Shown here piece after piece: positions 43,389 to 44,285 of a stretch of DNA of 44,285 nucleotides. Each line of letters opens with the position of its first letter. Within the stretch, counting starts at the first letter, position 1. The notes below the pieces were generated by a model. That model had not been told where the DNA came from and made no database searches. It saw nothing but the letters and a program-made list of their open reading frames with translations. The DNA is taken from positions 1 through 44,285 of the IMG/VR virus record IMGVR_UViG_3300014656_000044, one strand, 5' to 3'. The position numbers were made by a program, and so were the translations under genes. This stretch comes from a virus (Duplodnaviria; Caudoviricetes).

Positions 43389-43727
43389 ATGACAAAAAAA
43401 TCGATTAGAGAAATGACTGATGAACTTGTAAAAAATCGCGTTTTGATTTTAACGCGGCAACGCAAAATTGAGAGTTTGCTGCCGGCAAAAGAGGGTAGCC
43501 GCTATGCACGCAATAAAAACACTCATGGCGGTTGGGTTGTACCAGGCATAGCCGCCTGGACCCGAGCTGTTAACAATGCGCCAGGGTTTAGCTCTGACTC
43601 TTATTGGAGCGGCAGCGCTCCGACGCCGAGCACTCAATATCCGCTCGCGGTTGCGGAATTTTTGGAAAAAATAAATGATAACGGGACTTGGTATCAAGAC
43701 CAAGTCAAAAAAATTGTTAACCATTAA
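43389..43727 (+). CDS. Early hypothetical protein
   Basis: Flanked by two leader repeats. Confidence 0.7.
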   Translation: MTKKSIREMTDELVKNRVLILTRQRKIESLLPAKEGSRYARNKNTHGGWVVPGIAAWTRAVNNAPGFSSDSYWSGSAPTPSTQYPLAVAEFLEKINDNGTWYQDQVKKIVNH

Positions 43728-43734
43728 CTTTCCG

Positions 43735-43765
43735 GGGGGCCGCGCATCCTACACGCGGGAAAGGA
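43735..43765 (+). repeat. 31-bp early-gene leader repeat, copy 2
   Basis: Identical copy; ATG 43772 follows. Confidence 0.95.
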
Positions 43766-43771
43766 CCAAAA

Positions 43772-44026
43772 ATGGAAAATTACGAAATCAAAAGAGAGCA
43801 AGACCTGAGACTGATCGTCGCTAACCTCGATGCCCAGAAAATTAAACTCTACGATATGGCGGCGGATGCCAAAAATGTCAGTCGCGGCAAAGATCAGGAC
43901 GAATGCTATGCTTTGATTAATGAGATCCAGGCGGCTATGACAGCCGTGAGTAAAGCCGCTCTCAAAATCGAAAAGAAGCACGAGCAGGAAGCCAATAATA
44001 GGCTGTATGCCCAAATGGGCCTTTAG
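43772..44026 (+). CDS. Early hypothetical helical protein
   Basis: RBS supplied by the repeat. Confidence 0.7.
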   Translation: MENYEIKREQDLRLIVANLDAQKIKLYDMAADAKNVSRGKDQDECYALINEIQAAMTAVSKAALKIEKKHEQEANNRLYAQMGL

Positions 44027-44176
44027 AAAATACATGCCAACATTACACCCAACCCACAGCCCGTTTATTTGGCTCGTGACCTACCGGGATTATAGGTCAA
44101 CCCCTATGACTCTGGGGGCCGCGCTGTATTTGATAGATATTATCAACCGAGACATCAGGAAACGGAGGTGAAAAAA

Positions 44177-44285
44177 ATGTATAAACTTACACATCTTGAT
44201 GGAACTGATTTTTATTCCGGGACGATCAATTATGCTGATAATATTGGGAAAATAATCAGGGTTAAAGATTATGACCCGCCCGAAA
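44177..44285 (+). CDS. N-terminus of an ORF running off the window end (MYKLTHLDGTDFYSGTINY...)
   Basis: GGAGGTG RBS; in frame with the ORF open at position 3. Confidence 0.7.
   Translation, partial: MYKLTHLDGTDFYSGTINYADNIGKIIRVKDYDPPE

Larger units (their letters stand above)
1..44285. mobile_element. Near-complete tailed bacteriophage genome (podovirus-like BPP-1/T7-type virion module)
   Basis: Terminase, portal, capsid, tail adaptor/nozzle, ejection, recombination and replication genes; no host housekeeping genes; ORF at right end joins position 1 in frame. Confidence 0.93.

Noticed and set aside
43349-43765. 31-bp repeats as CRISPR repeats
   Set aside because: Separated by whole genes (over 350 bp), end in an RBS, no cas genes
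1-44285. Integron integrase or prophage integrase
   Set aside because: No ORF with tyrosine-recombinase (R...HxxR...Y) or serine-recombinase motifs recognised

Overview
This window looks like an essentially complete ~44.3-kb tailed-phage genome. An ORF starting at 44177 continues in frame into position 1. The late module (18931-42946, minus strand) is podovirus-like, in the BPP-1/T7 style: terminases, portal, scaffold, major capsid, cement, tail adaptor and nozzle, a GNAT protein and ejection proteins. Lysis genes and several signal-peptide proteins sit between portal and scaffold. Two divergent middle arms start from back-to-back promoters near 11.3 kb. The left arm has an outer-membrane barrel, an SNF2 helicase-methyltransferase fusion, an HNH nuclease and a replication initiator. 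The right arm has a C5 methyltransferase, ERF and YqaJ recombination genes, VRR-NUC, O-acetyl and O-methyl transferases and Lar. I saw no integrase, DNA or RNA polymerase, reverse transcriptase, tRNA or CRISPR array. The main signal is about 20 integron attC-like sites, roughly 13 with canonical R''-5 bp-L''...L'-5/6 bp-R' geometry. They punctuate short accessory genes in four clusters, with no integron integrase in the genome. Other notable items: a 31-bp hairpin+RBS repeat ahead of early genes, a 28-bp repeat that could act as a natural toehold-type antisense switch, and a signal peptide on the tail nozzle, with a recurring SG[VAT][TS] motif in the exported-looking late proteins. All family calls come from recognising motifs by eye, not from database searches.
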